DNA of 64,000 bases, taken from positions 32,878 to 96,877 of the IMG/VR virus record IMGVR_UViG_3300048110_000147. One strand, 5' to 3'. Under the pieces are notes generated by a model. The model worked only from the letters and a program-made list of their open reading frames with translations, did no database searches and was not told the DNA's origin. Of this stretch, positions 8,832-16,967 are shown one piece after another. Numbering within the stretch: position 1 is the stretch's first letter; every line of letters begins with the position of its first letter. The position numbers were made by a program, and so were the translations under genes. The DNA is from a virus.

Positions 8832-9017
8832 TCCCCACGAATACAGGGGCTCAAGTGAATGGTACTTCATGTGTCGGAGAACCGTAACTTGTGGGATTGA
8901 GGTCTCCCATCTGCTCTGGCATTTTTAACATGCACGTTGTGAGAGATCGCAGTTATCAAGTTAGTGCGCTTGGTGCGCATCGTTCTTCTCTAGTACCGAG
9001 CCCCCGTATTGTGGGGA
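8832..9017 (-). ncRNA. Putative structured ncRNA (186 nt), downstream of tRNA-Ala
   Basis: About 20-bp closing stem (TCCCCACAATACGGGGGCTC / GAGCCCCTGTATTCGTGGGGA), nested helices GGTACT/AGTACC, TAACTTG/CAAGTTA, CTGC/GCAG and three hairpins; no credible ORF. Confidence 0.7.
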
Positions 9018-9030
9018 AATTCGTGAAAAG

Positions 9031-9106
9031 TGGTGGAGCCGATAGGGATCGAACCTACGACCTATTCCGTGCAAGGGAATCGCTCTCCCAACTGAGCTAC
9101 GGCCCC
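9031..9106 (-). tRNA. tRNA-Ala(TGC)
   Basis: Cloverleaf GGGGCCG...CGGCTCCACCA, G3:U70 pair, TTCGATC T-loop, encoded CCA. Confidence 0.97.
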
Positions 9107-9121
9107 ACAATTCTTACTAAA

Positions 9122-9271
9122 CTACTTTTCCTTATTTATACTCTTTTCTTTCTTGACAGATTCCTCTGTCTTTTTGTCTTTACCGAAGATTTTATCCCAG
9201 TTATCTCTACCTTGTTTTGATAACGTCTTAGACTGTATTGCGTCTCCGGTTATGTCGTTTCTACTTACCAT
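9122..9271 (-). CDS. Small hypothetical protein
   Basis: Likely start MVSRNDITGD at 9271; NDITGD...WDKIF pattern typical of small phage proteins. Confidence 0.6.
   Translation of the reverse strand: MVSRNDITGDAIQSKTLSKQGRDNWDKIFGKDKKTEESVKKEKSINKEK
9133..9140 (-). promoter_or_regulatory. Late promoter for tRNA-Ala and the ncRNA
   Basis: TATAAATA 26 nt upstream of the tRNA-Ala 5' end. Confidence 0.65.
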
Positions 9272-9404
9272 CTTCTTTCGCTTTGCTCCACCAATCTTTG
9301 GTAACTTTATCGGTGTACTTGTGTGAGTATATGAGAGTGATGCCACCAAAAACCATCGGACATAACATCACTCCAAGTATTCCTATTAAACCAAAATCAA
9401 ACAT
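9261..9404 (-). CDS. Small membrane protein (47 aa, not in ORF track)
   Basis: MFDFGLIGILGVMLCPMVFGGITLIYSHKYTDKVTKDWWSKAKEDGK; one TM helix; overlaps both neighbours. Confidence 0.6.
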   Translation of the reverse strand: MFDFGLIGILGVMLCPMVFGGITLIYSHKYTDKVTKDWWSKAKEDGK

Positions 9405-9621
9405 TTTCAATCTGGCTCTTTACCCAATCTAGTTCTTGAATGATTCTGTTATACCATGCGACATCAATTTCAGAATTGTTAGGATTGTTTGCTTCCATCC
9501 TAAGTTGTTCCATTCGTATGTCTATGTAGTCACACCTTATAAATTCTTTTTTAGACACTCTATCTAAGAATGCTTTTTTCGCTAAGGTCAAGCATTCTAC
9601 ATTACTATTACTATTACTCAT
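9397..9621 (-). CDS. Hypothetical protein
   Basis: Likely start MSNSNSN overlapping the upstream stop; WYNRIIQELDW motif. Confidence 0.65.
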   Translation of the reverse strand: MSNSNSNVECLTLAKKAFLDRVSKKEFIRCDYIDIRMEQLRMEANNPNNSEIDVAWYNRIIQELDWVKSQIENV

Positions 9622-11036
9622 TGGACACACCCTAATTCTCTGCGCGAATCTTCGTCGTTGTTAGTTACACAGAGACCAGTAGGCAACTCTGTAGGTACAT
9701 ATCTCATCAAGTCTGGGTCATATAAACTATTTTCTAAGAATGATACCAGATTAGATATCTCTTCCTCAGACAGATCTAGGGGAGTGAATCTATAGTCTAT
9801 ATCTATAAGATCTACATCTGGGTGTTGTGGTGTTGCCGCAACTTTGTATCGTACCACTTCTTCAACACTAGTGAATGATGCACCGTGACCGAATACTTCT
9901 GTGTCTGTCAGATTATATAGAGGCGGTACCTTAAATGCATACTTCTCCATATCGTCACCAGTAAAACCAGCGCGGCCTTCTCTAACACCTTCACCGACTT
10001 CACCGATGATATCGTCCCACATGTCTAGATCGTGGAATCCAAGTGTCATAAACACTTCACTTGCAAGAGAACCGACAGGAGATGAAAGAGCGGGACCGTT
10101 GTGACACGAGTGACAGTTACCTTTACCGAAGAACACTTTCGCGCCTTCGACTTCTTCTAAAGTCATCGCGTCTTCGTCACCACGTAAGAAGTCTTGAAAT
10201 GGTGCTTGGTTTGCGAGAATGGTTCTCTCGTATGCGGCAATCGCAAAAGATGCTGCTTCTAACATATCATTAGGTTGTGAGGTACCGTATGCCGCTTCGA
10301 ACATCATCCGATACTTCTCATTAGTAGTGAGCACAGAACCTTCTTCTACATTCATGCGATGTACACCTAGACCAGCAACTGCTTGAGTCTCTAGACCAGC
10401 AAGATTACGTAGGTTAGCCTCTTTAGGAGTGCCTTCAGTGAAGTGCCTTTCAGGGTCAATACCAATGTTAACTATACCTCCGATCACATTGCCGAACTGT
10501 CCGTTCCACAACATGACTTCTTGATATGCAGTATTAAGTACTGTGGGTGATGTCACAGGTTGTACATCAACTGTTGAAGGGTCAACTCCAGCAGCAACTG
10601 TACGATGGTCAAACCCTACACCGCCTTCACCAATACCTTGACGAATACCGGACTTGAAACCATTCTGTCCGTTGTGACATGAAGCACAGGACCACGTGTT
10701 ATCCATATCTGTCTGGTTGGTTTCAGTAGACGTGATTCCCGTCTCGTGATAAATGAACTTACCCAACTCTACTTTTTCAGCAGTAATAGGGTTACTTGGA
10801 TCTTGAGGGATGTTTAGAAAGTCATCACTCTCAGGTAAGATATACCCTTCGTAAGAACCTGTCGGGGATGTAGTACTCATCACAGTTTTTAGTTCTTCAA
10901 CGGCAATCTCAAGTGCTGTTAAGGTAGGTGCTGGGGGTGGTGCGATGGTAACAGGTTCTGGTGCAGATTCTGAACCACCTCCAGAACATGCGCTAAGAAC
11001 AGTAGTACATAATACTACGGATAATAGTTGTTTCAT
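9618..11036 (-). CDS. Di-haem cytochrome c peroxidase / MauG-family lipoprotein
   Basis: Lipobox LSAC; two CxxCH motifs (CASCH, CHSCH); KVELGK, SPTVLN, LWNG, FKVPPLYN, FGHG conserved segments. Confidence 0.88.
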   Translation of the reverse strand: MKQLLSVVLCTTVLSACSGGGSESAPEPVTIAPPPAPTLTALEIAVEELKTVMSTTSPTGSYEGYILPESDDFLNIPQDPSNPITAEKVELGKFIYHETGITSTETNQTDMDNTWSCASCHNGQNGFKSGIRQGIGEGGVGFDHRTVAAGVDPSTVDVQPVTSPTVLNTAYQEVMLWNGQFGNVIGGIVNIGIDPERHFTEGTPKEANLRNLAGLETQAVAGLGVHRMNVEEGSVLTTNEKYRMMFEAAYGTSQPNDMLEAASFAIAAYERTILANQAPFQDFLRGDEDAMTLEEVEGAKVFFGKGNCHSCHNGPALSSPVGSLASEVFMTLGFHDLDMWDDIIGEVGEGVREGRAGFTGDDMEKYAFKVPPLYNLTDTEVFGHGASFTSVEEVVRYKVAATPQHPDVDLIDIDYRFTPLDLSEEEISNLVSFLENSLYDPDLMRYVPTELPTGLCVTNNDEDSRRELGCVQ

Positions 11037-11066
11037 TGTTTCGATCTCTCACTTCTAATAATAAAA

Positions 11067-11157
11067 TGGCCGAGGGATAGGGATTCGAACCCTAGATACG
11101 CTATTAACGTATGCCAGTTTTCAAGACTGGTGCATTCAACCGCTCTGCCATCCCTCG
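11067..11157 (-). tRNA. tRNA-Ser(TGA)
   Basis: Cloverleaf with long variable arm, anticodon loop CTTGAAA, G73, CCA. Confidence 0.95.
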
Positions 11158-11169
11158 ATTTATTTAAAC

Positions 11170-11198
11170 ATGATACACTAATTGACAGGAGTTGTCAA
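11170..11198 (-). promoter_or_regulatory. Sigma70-type promoter for tRNA-Ser and the peroxidase
   Basis: TTGACA-N17-TATCAT. Confidence 0.65.
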
Positions 11199-11216
11199 CC
11201 CCACTTTCATATTTTC

Positions 11217-11293
<77 letters not shown>

Positions 11294-11303
11294 GTAGAAA
11301 AGT

Positions 11304-11378
11304 TGGCTGGGGTGGAAGGATTCGAACCTACGAATGACGGGATCAAAACCCGTTGCCTTACCACTTGGCGACACCCCA
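11304..11378 (-). tRNA. tRNA-Gln(TTG)
   Basis: TGGGGTG...CACCCCAGCCA, loop TTTTGAT. Confidence 0.96.
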
Positions 11379-11437
11379 AACCTGTTTGCTCTACTGGGCA
11401 CCACTGATTCAGTTATTTTAAAAGGGGAATCAGACCC

Positions 11438-11797
11438 TTAGTTTTTTCTCAATCCTTCTTTGCCTTTGTGAAATCTTCCCCAGATACAGTGTGCCACTTC
11501 ATGACCAATAAGTTCCGGTTCGTATTTCCATTCAGGGTCCTTTATGTATATCTTACAAGTTCCCTTAGATTCGTTCCAAAGAGTGAAGGCGCTAATATTG
11601 TTCCACTTAACGCCTAAGTACTGTTTACGTACAGAATCATATTCCATTTGGTTCTTTAGTAAAACAAACTCGACCTTTGGTGTAAGATTTTCTCCTTCCT
11701 TAACAAGGAATTTAAAATTATCTTTAGCATACCTTCCCAGTCTCTGAGCATCTGCTGAAACCGATAAGACTAATAGGAATATTAATAGTTTTCGCAT
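11438..11797 (-). CDS. Secreted small HExxH (zincin-like) protein
   Basis: Signal peptide MRKLLIFLLVLSVSADA; IGHEVAHC motif. Confidence 0.65.
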   Translation of the reverse strand: MRKLLIFLLVLSVSADAQRLGRYAKDNFKFLVKEGENLTPKVEFVLLKNQMEYDSVRKQYLGVKWNNISAFTLWNESKGTCKIYIKDPEWKYEPELIGHEVAHCIWGRFHKGKEGLRKN

Positions 11798-11815
11798 AAT
11801 TGTAAACAGTAAAAA

Positions 11816-11892
11816 TGGTCGGAGATGTAGGATTTGAACCTACGACCCCTGCACCCCAAATGCAGTGCACTACCAGACTGTGCTAATCTCCG
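11816..11892 (-). tRNA. tRNA-Pro(TGG)
   Basis: CGGAGAT...ATCTCCGACCA, loop TTTGGGG. Confidence 0.96.
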
Positions 11893-12105
11893 TTAATTGT
11901 TTGAAACAAATTCGTTGATGACTTTTACCCTTTCCATGATATCTTGCATATTAGGGTATGTCGGAAACTCTGGGATGGTATCAACGCCACCAGTTTCAAT
12001 CAAGACTTCTCGGCGATTTACTTGAGCCCAGTACTCATCTGTTAGGACATTTCTTGCTTCGTTAAAGATTTGGAACCGAAGTTCGTATGGGTTTGGATTA
12101 GACAT
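11893..12105 (-). CDS. Small hypothetical protein (70 aa)
   Basis: Real start MSNPNPYELRF at 12105 with AGGAGA RBS; the ORF-track extension runs through tRNA-Tyr and is spurious. Confidence 0.75.
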   Translation of the reverse strand: MSNPNPYELRFQIFNEARNVLTDEYWAQVNRREVLIETGGVDTIPEFPTYPNMQDIMERVKVINEFVSNN

Positions 12106-12207
12106 AATTGTCTCCTTTTGTGTGTGTTTGTGTGTTGAGCAGTTTTCCACATACTCAGGTGACGGGCGTAACGACCAGTGCAAGTTTAAAGTCATTCCGA
12201 GACTAAT

Positions 12208-12291
12208 TGGTGGGGAGAGGTGGATTCGAACCACCGAAGCTCTCGCGTCAGATTTACAGTCTGATCCCTTTGGCCGCTCGGGAACCTCCCC
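12208..12291 (-). tRNA. tRNA-Tyr(GTA)
   Basis: GGGGAGG...CCTCTCCCCACCA, loop CTGTAAA, long variable arm. Confidence 0.96.
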
Positions 12292-12297
12292 TAGTGG

Positions 12298-12450
12298 TTA
12301 TTTGAGTTGATCTTTTGAACTGGATGAACTATTTGATCCAGTCCCTGTACCACTACTTTTACCGTGACCTAGTCCACGCTTACCTTGTCGGAACCGATTG
12401 ACAAAGTAAATGACCACTGCTACTAGAAAAACTACCGCTAATACTTCCAT
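12298..12450 (-). CDS. Small single-pass membrane protein
   Basis: Start MEVLAVVFLVAVVIYF with AGGAGA RBS; basic, Ser/Gly-rich tail. Confidence 0.65.
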   Translation of the reverse strand: MEVLAVVFLVAVVIYFVNRFRQGKRGLGHGKSSGTGTGSNSSSSSKDQLK

Positions 12451-12460
12451 ATCTTTCTCC

Positions 12461-12673
12461 TTAGTCGAGGATAATTTCCTCGCGCTTCTTCTTAGCAGGT
12501 TGGCGAATTCCAAGGTAAGTTTCGAGAATCTCGATCTCCTTGTCCTTACGCTTCTGCCACTGTTGCTCCGTTCGAGCAACCCCTTTCTTGCTGTTCTTCT
12601 CAAAGAACTTTGACTCTGTGAGTCTCTCTAATGCACCTTCACGGCGACGACGATCTTCTAACTTACCTCTCAT
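12461..12673 (-). CDS. Small basic hypothetical protein
   Basis: Start MRGKLEDRRR with AGGAG RBS. Confidence 0.65.
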   Translation of the reverse strand: MRGKLEDRRRREGALERLTESKFFEKNSKKGVARTEQQWQKRKDKEIEILETYLGIRQPAKKKREEIILD

Positions 12674-13016
12674 AAACGCTCCTAGTTTCTTTATTAAGAT
12701 CAATGGAATCTATATAAACTGACTCGTTGACATAATCGCCTTTGGGTATGGTTCCTTGTTCAAAAGGTTTATCATCATACCTGTTAACCCAAAAACGTAC
12801 GACCTTACCTTTATCATTAAGGGTATACCCACAAAGTTTTTCATTGGGATATGCATAATATGAACCATTAAAATTACCCTCTTTATCAAAGGGATTGCGC
12901 AGTCCATTTGACTCATGTTCCCTAGCAGTAATATAGGGGGATACCGAAATAAATTCTTTCTCTACCATACTTGGTCTAGTAGACACTTTTGATGGCATTC
13001 CAAGTGCATCTCTCAT
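12663..13016 (-). CDS. Hypothetical protein
   Basis: 117 aa ORF, GAGGA RBS. Confidence 0.65.
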   Translation of the reverse strand: MRDALGMPSKVSTRPSMVEKEFISVSPYITAREHESNGLRNPFDKEGNFNGSYYAYPNEKLCGYTLNDKGKVVRFWVNRYDDKPFEQGTIPKGDYVNESVYIDSIDLNKETRSVYER

Positions 13017-13045
13017 AAACTATCCTCATTTCCTCATTATAAAAT

Positions 13046-13122
13046 TGGCGGAGCGGACGGGACTCGAACCCGCGACCCCCGGCGTGACAGGCCGGTATTC
13101 TAACCAACTGAACTACCGCTCC
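13046..13122 (-). tRNA. tRNA-Asp(GTC)
   Basis: GGAGCGG...CCGCTCCGCCA, loop CTGTCAC; very close to gammaproteobacterial tRNA-Asp as I recall it. Confidence 0.98.
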
Positions 13123-13291
13123 AGATTCTTCTTAAATATGTATGCTCGGTATCCGATGACTCCAAAACAAAAATGTCGCCTTCCTTGAATGAGGATATAG
13201 ATAAATCTAATTTCTCCTCATCTTTGTTCAACAACTTGACCCCATTGATGTCTTCTTCGAATTTATAACCTAAGTAAAACATTGAACTCAC
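13100..13291 (-). CDS. Small hypothetical protein (3' end overlaps tRNA-Asp)
   Basis: 63 aa, start overlaps the upstream stop; FKEGDIFVL motif. Confidence 0.55.
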   Translation of the reverse strand: MSSMFYLGYKFEEDINGVKLLNKDEEKLDLSISSFKEGDIFVLESSDTEHTYLRRIWSGSSVG

Positions 13292-13668
13292 GAGTTCTCC
13301 AAATCATGTACATGTAACTGGATCAATGCATAATGGAGAACCTTCATTAGGTCTTTACGAGCATCATCCTCAGTACCTTTCTTACCATACCGTTGTGCAT
13401 ACTTCAACACGTTTCCAATACAAAACCCTGTACCATGACCACCGTCAACAATAAATTCAGTCGCCTGAAACTTGTCTTTGGCATAATGCTGATTGTATGT
13501 CGCATCGATATATTGTTTGAACTCATCAATCAACTTACCTTCACTAAACTTATAGTCCACAGTACTAATATCAGCAGCTTCTCGCATTGTTACACCGTTC
13601 GAGTATCTCTCAAACTCTACCGTCTCATTAGTATAAGGTGGAGTGTGTGCATAAATCGTTTTACTCAT
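13288..13668 (-). CDS. DUF3310-like (SaV-like) phage protein
   Basis: HY...GFCIGNVLKY..RYGKKG...DL.K..HY pattern. Confidence 0.75.
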   Translation of the reverse strand: MSKTIYAHTPPYTNETVEFERYSNGVTMREAADISTVDYKFSEGKLIDEFKQYIDATYNQHYAKDKFQATEFIVDGGHGTGFCIGNVLKYAQRYGKKGTEDDARKDLMKVLHYALIQLHVHDLENS

Positions 13669-13669
13669 A

Positions 13670-13957
13670 TTACCATTCTCTCAATATAGTTGTGCCTAAC
13701 ATAAACAATGAAACCGTGTTCAACATAATCAACGCACGGTCTTTCCATATAACAGATACCCAAGTCCATAGTATAATGCCTGCGAACCCGATTGTCAAGT
13801 CATACATGCGATAGTCTGGTCCGGCAGATCGCATCGCCATTGAAATTAAAATCAAAATAGAAGCGACCCACTTGAGATACCAATCGAAGTCATCGGGGTA
13901 CCACGAACGATCCGGTTTAGTTCGACCATCTGCTCTTACTTGAGGGTCTCCGTTCAC
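13670..13957 (-). CDS. Small multi-pass membrane protein
   Basis: DWYLKWVAS..., three hydrophobic segments, W.DRALI.LN. Confidence 0.7.
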   Translation of the reverse strand: MNGDPQVRADGRTKPDRSWYPDDFDWYLKWVASILILISMAMRSAGPDYRMYDLTIGFAGIILWTWVSVIWKDRALIMLNTVSLFMLGTTILREW

Positions 13958-14307
13958 GATTTACTTCCGATAGTACGACGAACGATATCGTTGTGATTGA
14001 ACTCTGCCCAATACAACTCAAATGCAACTCCGTCTTTGAGACCTTCGAACTGGTGAATCTTTCCTGGCTTGACTTGAGTGAACTCTCCCGCACGTAGAAT
14101 GGTCTCATCGACAAGACCGTCTTGGTCATCTTGCCATACGCGCACGATCATCTCACCAGATTCTACGAAGAACCCGTTCCACTTATATTCATGGAGATGT
14201 TCGGAGCACTTGAAACCTTTCTTGTATTCGATACGATGAAACTCTAGAACGCCATTCGCATGAATGAGTTCTGTCTGTCCCCAAATCTTTCCTGCCTTCA
14301 TAGTCAT
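13954..14307 (-). CDS. Cupin-fold protein (mannose-6-phosphate isomerase C-terminal-like)
   Basis: K.WG, CSEHLH..K.N.F.V.SG, PG..H.F, E cupin motifs. Confidence 0.78.
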   Translation of the reverse strand: MTMKAGKIWGQTELIHANGVLEFHRIEYKKGFKCSEHLHEYKWNGFFVESGEMIVRVWQDDQDGLVDETILRAGEFTQVKPGKIHQFEGLKDGVAFELYWAEFNHNDIVRRTIGSKS

Positions 14308-14332
14308 ACTACTCTCACTGGATCATAATTAT

Positions 14333-14417
14333 TGGTGCGAAAGGAGAGACTCGAACTCTCACGCCGTGAAGCACTGGTACCTAAAACCAGCGTGTCTACC
14401 AATTCCACCACTCTCGC
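14333..14417 (-). tRNA. tRNA-Leu(TAG)
   Basis: GCGAGAG...CTTTCGCACCA, loop TTTAGGT, long variable arm. Confidence 0.96.
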
Positions 14418-14421
14418 ATAT

Positions 14422-14497
14422 TGGCTGGCAAGGCAGGGCTCGAACCTGCGACCAGATGATTAACAGTCATCGGCTCTACCAACTGAGCTACTTGCCA
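14422..14497 (-). tRNA. tRNA-Asn(GTT)
   Basis: TGGCAAG...CTTGCCAGCCA, loop CTGTTAA. Confidence 0.96.
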
Positions 14498-14522
14498 ATA
14501 AAAACTTCACTATTTGATAAAC

Positions 14523-14551
14523 ATTGTATCATAGTAATACCTGTCTGTCAA
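14523..14551 (-). promoter_or_regulatory. Sigma70-type promoter for tRNA-Asn/Leu
   Basis: TTGACA-N17-TACAAT. Confidence 0.65.
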
Positions 14552-14566
14552 TAGCGAATGAAATAT

Positions 14567-14821
14567 TTATTCTCCTACCGCTGCTCTTGCAACTAATTCT
14601 TCTTGTGTCACCTTACGACTCACAAGTTCGTTACGAAACTTTTGCTTCAACTTTGGGGTGCGACACGACAAGAACTCTTTCCACAGATTGTCTGAAGACA
14701 AATTCTTTACGTAGAACCTTTGGGTTGTTGTCTTTCCAGTCATCCGATCTTTGTTGACTGTATCTTCTTTATACTTAATTGGCATTCTTACCTCACATTT
14801 TAAAATAGGGTAACGCAACAT
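14567..14821 (-). CDS. Small basic hypothetical protein
   Basis: ORF track 84 aa; true start probably MPIKYKED after GAGG. Confidence 0.6.
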   Translation of the reverse strand: MLRYPILKCEVRMPIKYKEDTVNKDRMTGKTTTQRFYVKNLSSDNLWKEFLSCRTPKLKQKFRNELVSRKVTQEELVARAAVGE

Positions 14822-15029
14822 TTTCTACGTTAACTTCGCTTTCTTCTTCAGCGCCACACCAAGAACATTCCTGTCCTCTGGCAACGTAGATATGACCATC
14901 GTGCATACAATGATGACTCCACATGACCGTGCGCATGTTCATATAGAAGCATTCGTTGAACACTTCGTCCCACACTTTATTGCCTGTTTTGGAAATAGGT
15001 GACTGTGCAATATCCATTTCTCTCTCCAA
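14793..15029 (-). CDS. Small putative Zn-ribbon protein
   Basis: W.H.C...C.WCG metal-ligand pattern. Confidence 0.6.
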   Translation of the reverse strand: MEREMDIAQSPISKTGNKVWDEVFNECFYMNMRTVMWSHHCMHDGHIYVARGQECSWCGAEEESEVNVENVALPYFKM

Positions 15030-15033
15030 CTAA

Positions 15034-15108
15034 TGGTATCCCGTAGGGGACTCGAACCCCTGTTACCGCCGTGAAAGGGCGGTGTCCTAACCTCTAGACG
15101 AACGGGAC
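15034..15108 (-). tRNA. tRNA-Glu(TTC)
   Basis: GTCCCGT...ACGGGATACCA, loop CTTTCAC. Confidence 0.96.
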
Positions 15109-15113
15109 ACTGT

Positions 15114-15371
15114 TCACTGTATCCTTTCTATTAGAATCGTGACTTCTCCTAGAAGCCCTCTTACTGTAATTACCCAATCAAAGACATCAACGTGTACTGT
15201 ATCATATTGATAGTCTTTAGTCACTTCATCAGCAGCGCGGTCTATTGCTCTTTCTGCGTCACCGTACACACATATAAGTCCACCTGTGTGATCGTACAAT
15301 ATATATGCATTATTTACCTCTACTTCTTCCGGAAACAATCCTGTTGGAAGAGATGCATAATCGATTGACAT
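15114..15371 (-). CDS. Hypothetical protein
   Basis: 85 aa ORF with GAGGG RBS. Confidence 0.65.
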   Translation of the reverse strand: MSIDYASLPTGLFPEEVEVNNAYILYDHTGGLICVYGDAERAIDRAADEVTKDYQYDTVHVDVFDWVITVRGLLGEVTILIERIQ

Positions 15372-15373
15372 TT

Positions 15374-15901
15374 TTATCCCTCTTTGTAGAAAATATGGTC
15401 TCCTATTCTACCTACTAATCGCATCCTTTCATGAGTGCTCCACGAAGGATTTACATAATTGGCATGATAATGAGTAGACCCCTCTGTTATACCATTGTAC
15501 TTACGGAAGAAAATCATATCTCTTGCTACATCTTTTGCACGTAACCACGAGTATGTTTCTAACGGTTCATCTGCAAGACCGTCACAATACCAACTAAACT
15601 GACACATATTGCGCCTTGGTATCTCTAGTCCTCTATCAAGTCCCCATTGACTCAGTACTGCCTGTTTAACTACTCCACAGATAGTCGATGGGTAACGTCG
15701 GTCTTGTACACGGTTTAGAGTAACATCCGCAACTGCGTACTGTCCCGCAACACTTTCACTTCTTGCCTCATGGTATATATTCAAAGCTAAACACTCAACT
15801 TCGTCATTATCTTGCATCCGTGGTGTTTCGGCATGTGCAAGTGTAATATATCCTATAAAACCAAGAATAGATAGTGCTATTGACAAACGTATCATAAACA
15901 T
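15374..15901 (-). CDS. Cell wall hydrolase, SleB/Hydrolase_2 family (lytic transglycosylase)
   Basis: CLALNIYHEARSE...AVADV.LNRV...YP.TIC.VV.Q, CQFSWYCDG, THYHA..V.P.W, IGDHIFY; N-terminal signal/TM. Confidence 0.9.
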   Translation of the reverse strand: MFMIRLSIALSILGFIGYITLAHAETPRMQDNDEVECLALNIYHEARSESVAGQYAVADVTLNRVQDRRYPSTICGVVKQAVLSQWGLDRGLEIPRRNMCQFSWYCDGLADEPLETYSWLRAKDVARDMIFFRKYNGITEGSTHYHANYVNPSWSTHERMRLVGRIGDHIFYKEG

Positions 15902-15923
15902 CTCCAGCTGAATTTATAGAACC

Positions 15924-15952
15924 ATTATACACTTCTTTTGAGAAGATGTCAA
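15924..15952 (-). promoter_or_regulatory. Sigma70-type early promoter
   Basis: TTGACA-N17-TATAAT. Confidence 0.8.
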
Positions 15953-16074
15953 ACAGTTTTCCGTAAAAGTTTTAGATATTTTGCTAACTGCTTCTTCTGT
16001 TTAGGACTAGGGTTATCTCCCGCCTTCGCCAAAAGAACAGCATACTCTCTTGCAATGTTTGATTGATAACTCAA
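15949..16074 (-). CDS. Small basic protein (41 aa, TTG start, not in ORF track)
   Basis: MSYQSNIAREYAVLLAKAGDNPSPKQKKQLAKYLKLLRKTV; start overlaps upstream TGA, GGAAGG upstream. Confidence 0.5.
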   Translation of the reverse strand: MSYQSNIAREYAVLLAKAGDNPSPKQKKQLAKYLKLLRKTV

Positions 16075-16229
16075 GATACACCTTCCACGCTAAAGTAACC
16101 ACATACCGTCTTGATAGCAGATATGATTTCTTCATCTTCTTTGGGGCACAAATGGGGGATTGTATCTGATAAATTTCTGACCATCAATCGATCAAGACTT
16201 TCATCATCAACTTCTAACTGAACTAGCAT
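16071..16229 (-). CDS. Small acidic protein (52 aa, not in ORF track)
   Basis: MLVQLEVDDESLDRLMVRNLSDTIPHLCPKEDEEIISAIKTVCGYFSVEGVS; GAGGTG RBS, just downstream of an early promoter. Confidence 0.7.
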   Translation of the reverse strand: MLVQLEVDDESLDRLMVRNLSDTIPHLCPKEDEEIISAIKTVCGYFSVEGVS

Positions 16230-16263
16230 AAACACCTCAGTGGTTCTTTGTAATGTGAGAGTA

Positions 16264-16292
16264 ATTATACTATATTATGATGGGTGTGTCAA
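16264..16292 (-). promoter_or_regulatory. Sigma70-type early promoter
   Basis: TTGACA-N17-TATAAT. Confidence 0.8.
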
Positions 16293-16966
16293 CTACCTTT
16301 TAGATTTTTTCGTTCTGCTGCTATCCACTTTTCTGCTTTCTTAGAGACAGGTTTGTCAGTGAATTTCTTTGCATCGCGGTATGCAGTCAAAGTTTCTTTC
16401 TCGTAGTTCTTACCTTGAGAGTTATCGACCACCAAGAAGTTAGGTTTACCGAACATGCGCTGGAATTTACCAATGTTACGTTGCACTAACTTCCAATATT
16501 CAGTTACACCCTTCTCTCCTAGAGTACGTGGTCGCATTGCGTCACGAGCGATAGCAGTTTCGAGATCGGTGTTAACGAAAATCATTGCGACATCATAACC
16601 CATCTCTTTTAGTTTCTTTGCTTGAGTTGCGACCTTGTCTGGATCTTTACCAGTACCATCGATCACTAATCCAAGACGACCTTTTAAGTATCTTGCTTCT
16701 TTGGTACCAGTAAGTTTTTTAGCCTTACCACGAACCTCTTGTCCCTTTGGTGAGAAGATGTTGTCTGGAGTCATGTCCATACCAATCTTCTTCATTCCAG
16801 CCTCGAACGCATCGTCGGAGTTTACAACCTTATAACCAAAGGACTGTAATCCAGTTTTACCGACAATGAAAGATTTACCAGAGCCAGGACCACCCGCAAG
16901 GAAGATCGCCTTGAAGATTGCTGGATCATTTACACCTTCGTCGAGAAAGGACTTAAAAGATATCAT
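16289..16966 (-). CDS. P-loop kinase (AAA_33/zeta-toxin/polynucleotide kinase-like) with capsid-targeting-like N-terminus
   Basis: Walker A GGPGSGKS, NSDD, VIDGTG, R..R.R lid; start MISFKSFLDE. Confidence 0.82.
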   Translation of the reverse strand: MISFKSFLDEGVNDPAIFKAIFLAGGPGSGKSFIVGKTGLQSFGYKVVNSDDAFEAGMKKIGMDMTPDNIFSPKGQEVRGKAKKLTGTKEARYLKGRLGLVIDGTGKDPDKVATQAKKLKEMGYDVAMIFVNTDLETAIARDAMRPRTLGEKGVTEYWKLVQRNIGKFQRMFGKPNFLVVDNSQGKNYEKETLTAYRDAKKFTDKPVSKKAEKWIAAERKNLKGS

Positions 16967-16967
16967 C

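Noticed and set aside
8832-9106. tRNA-Ala plus the adjacent structure as a tmRNA
   Set aside because: The tRNA has a complete D-arm and anticodon arm; no tag ORF or tmRNA-type ends were seen in the 186-nt element.
12119-12135. TG/CA microsatellite or phase-variation tract
   Set aside because: Short, interrupted and directly upstream of an RBS; better read as part of a leader.
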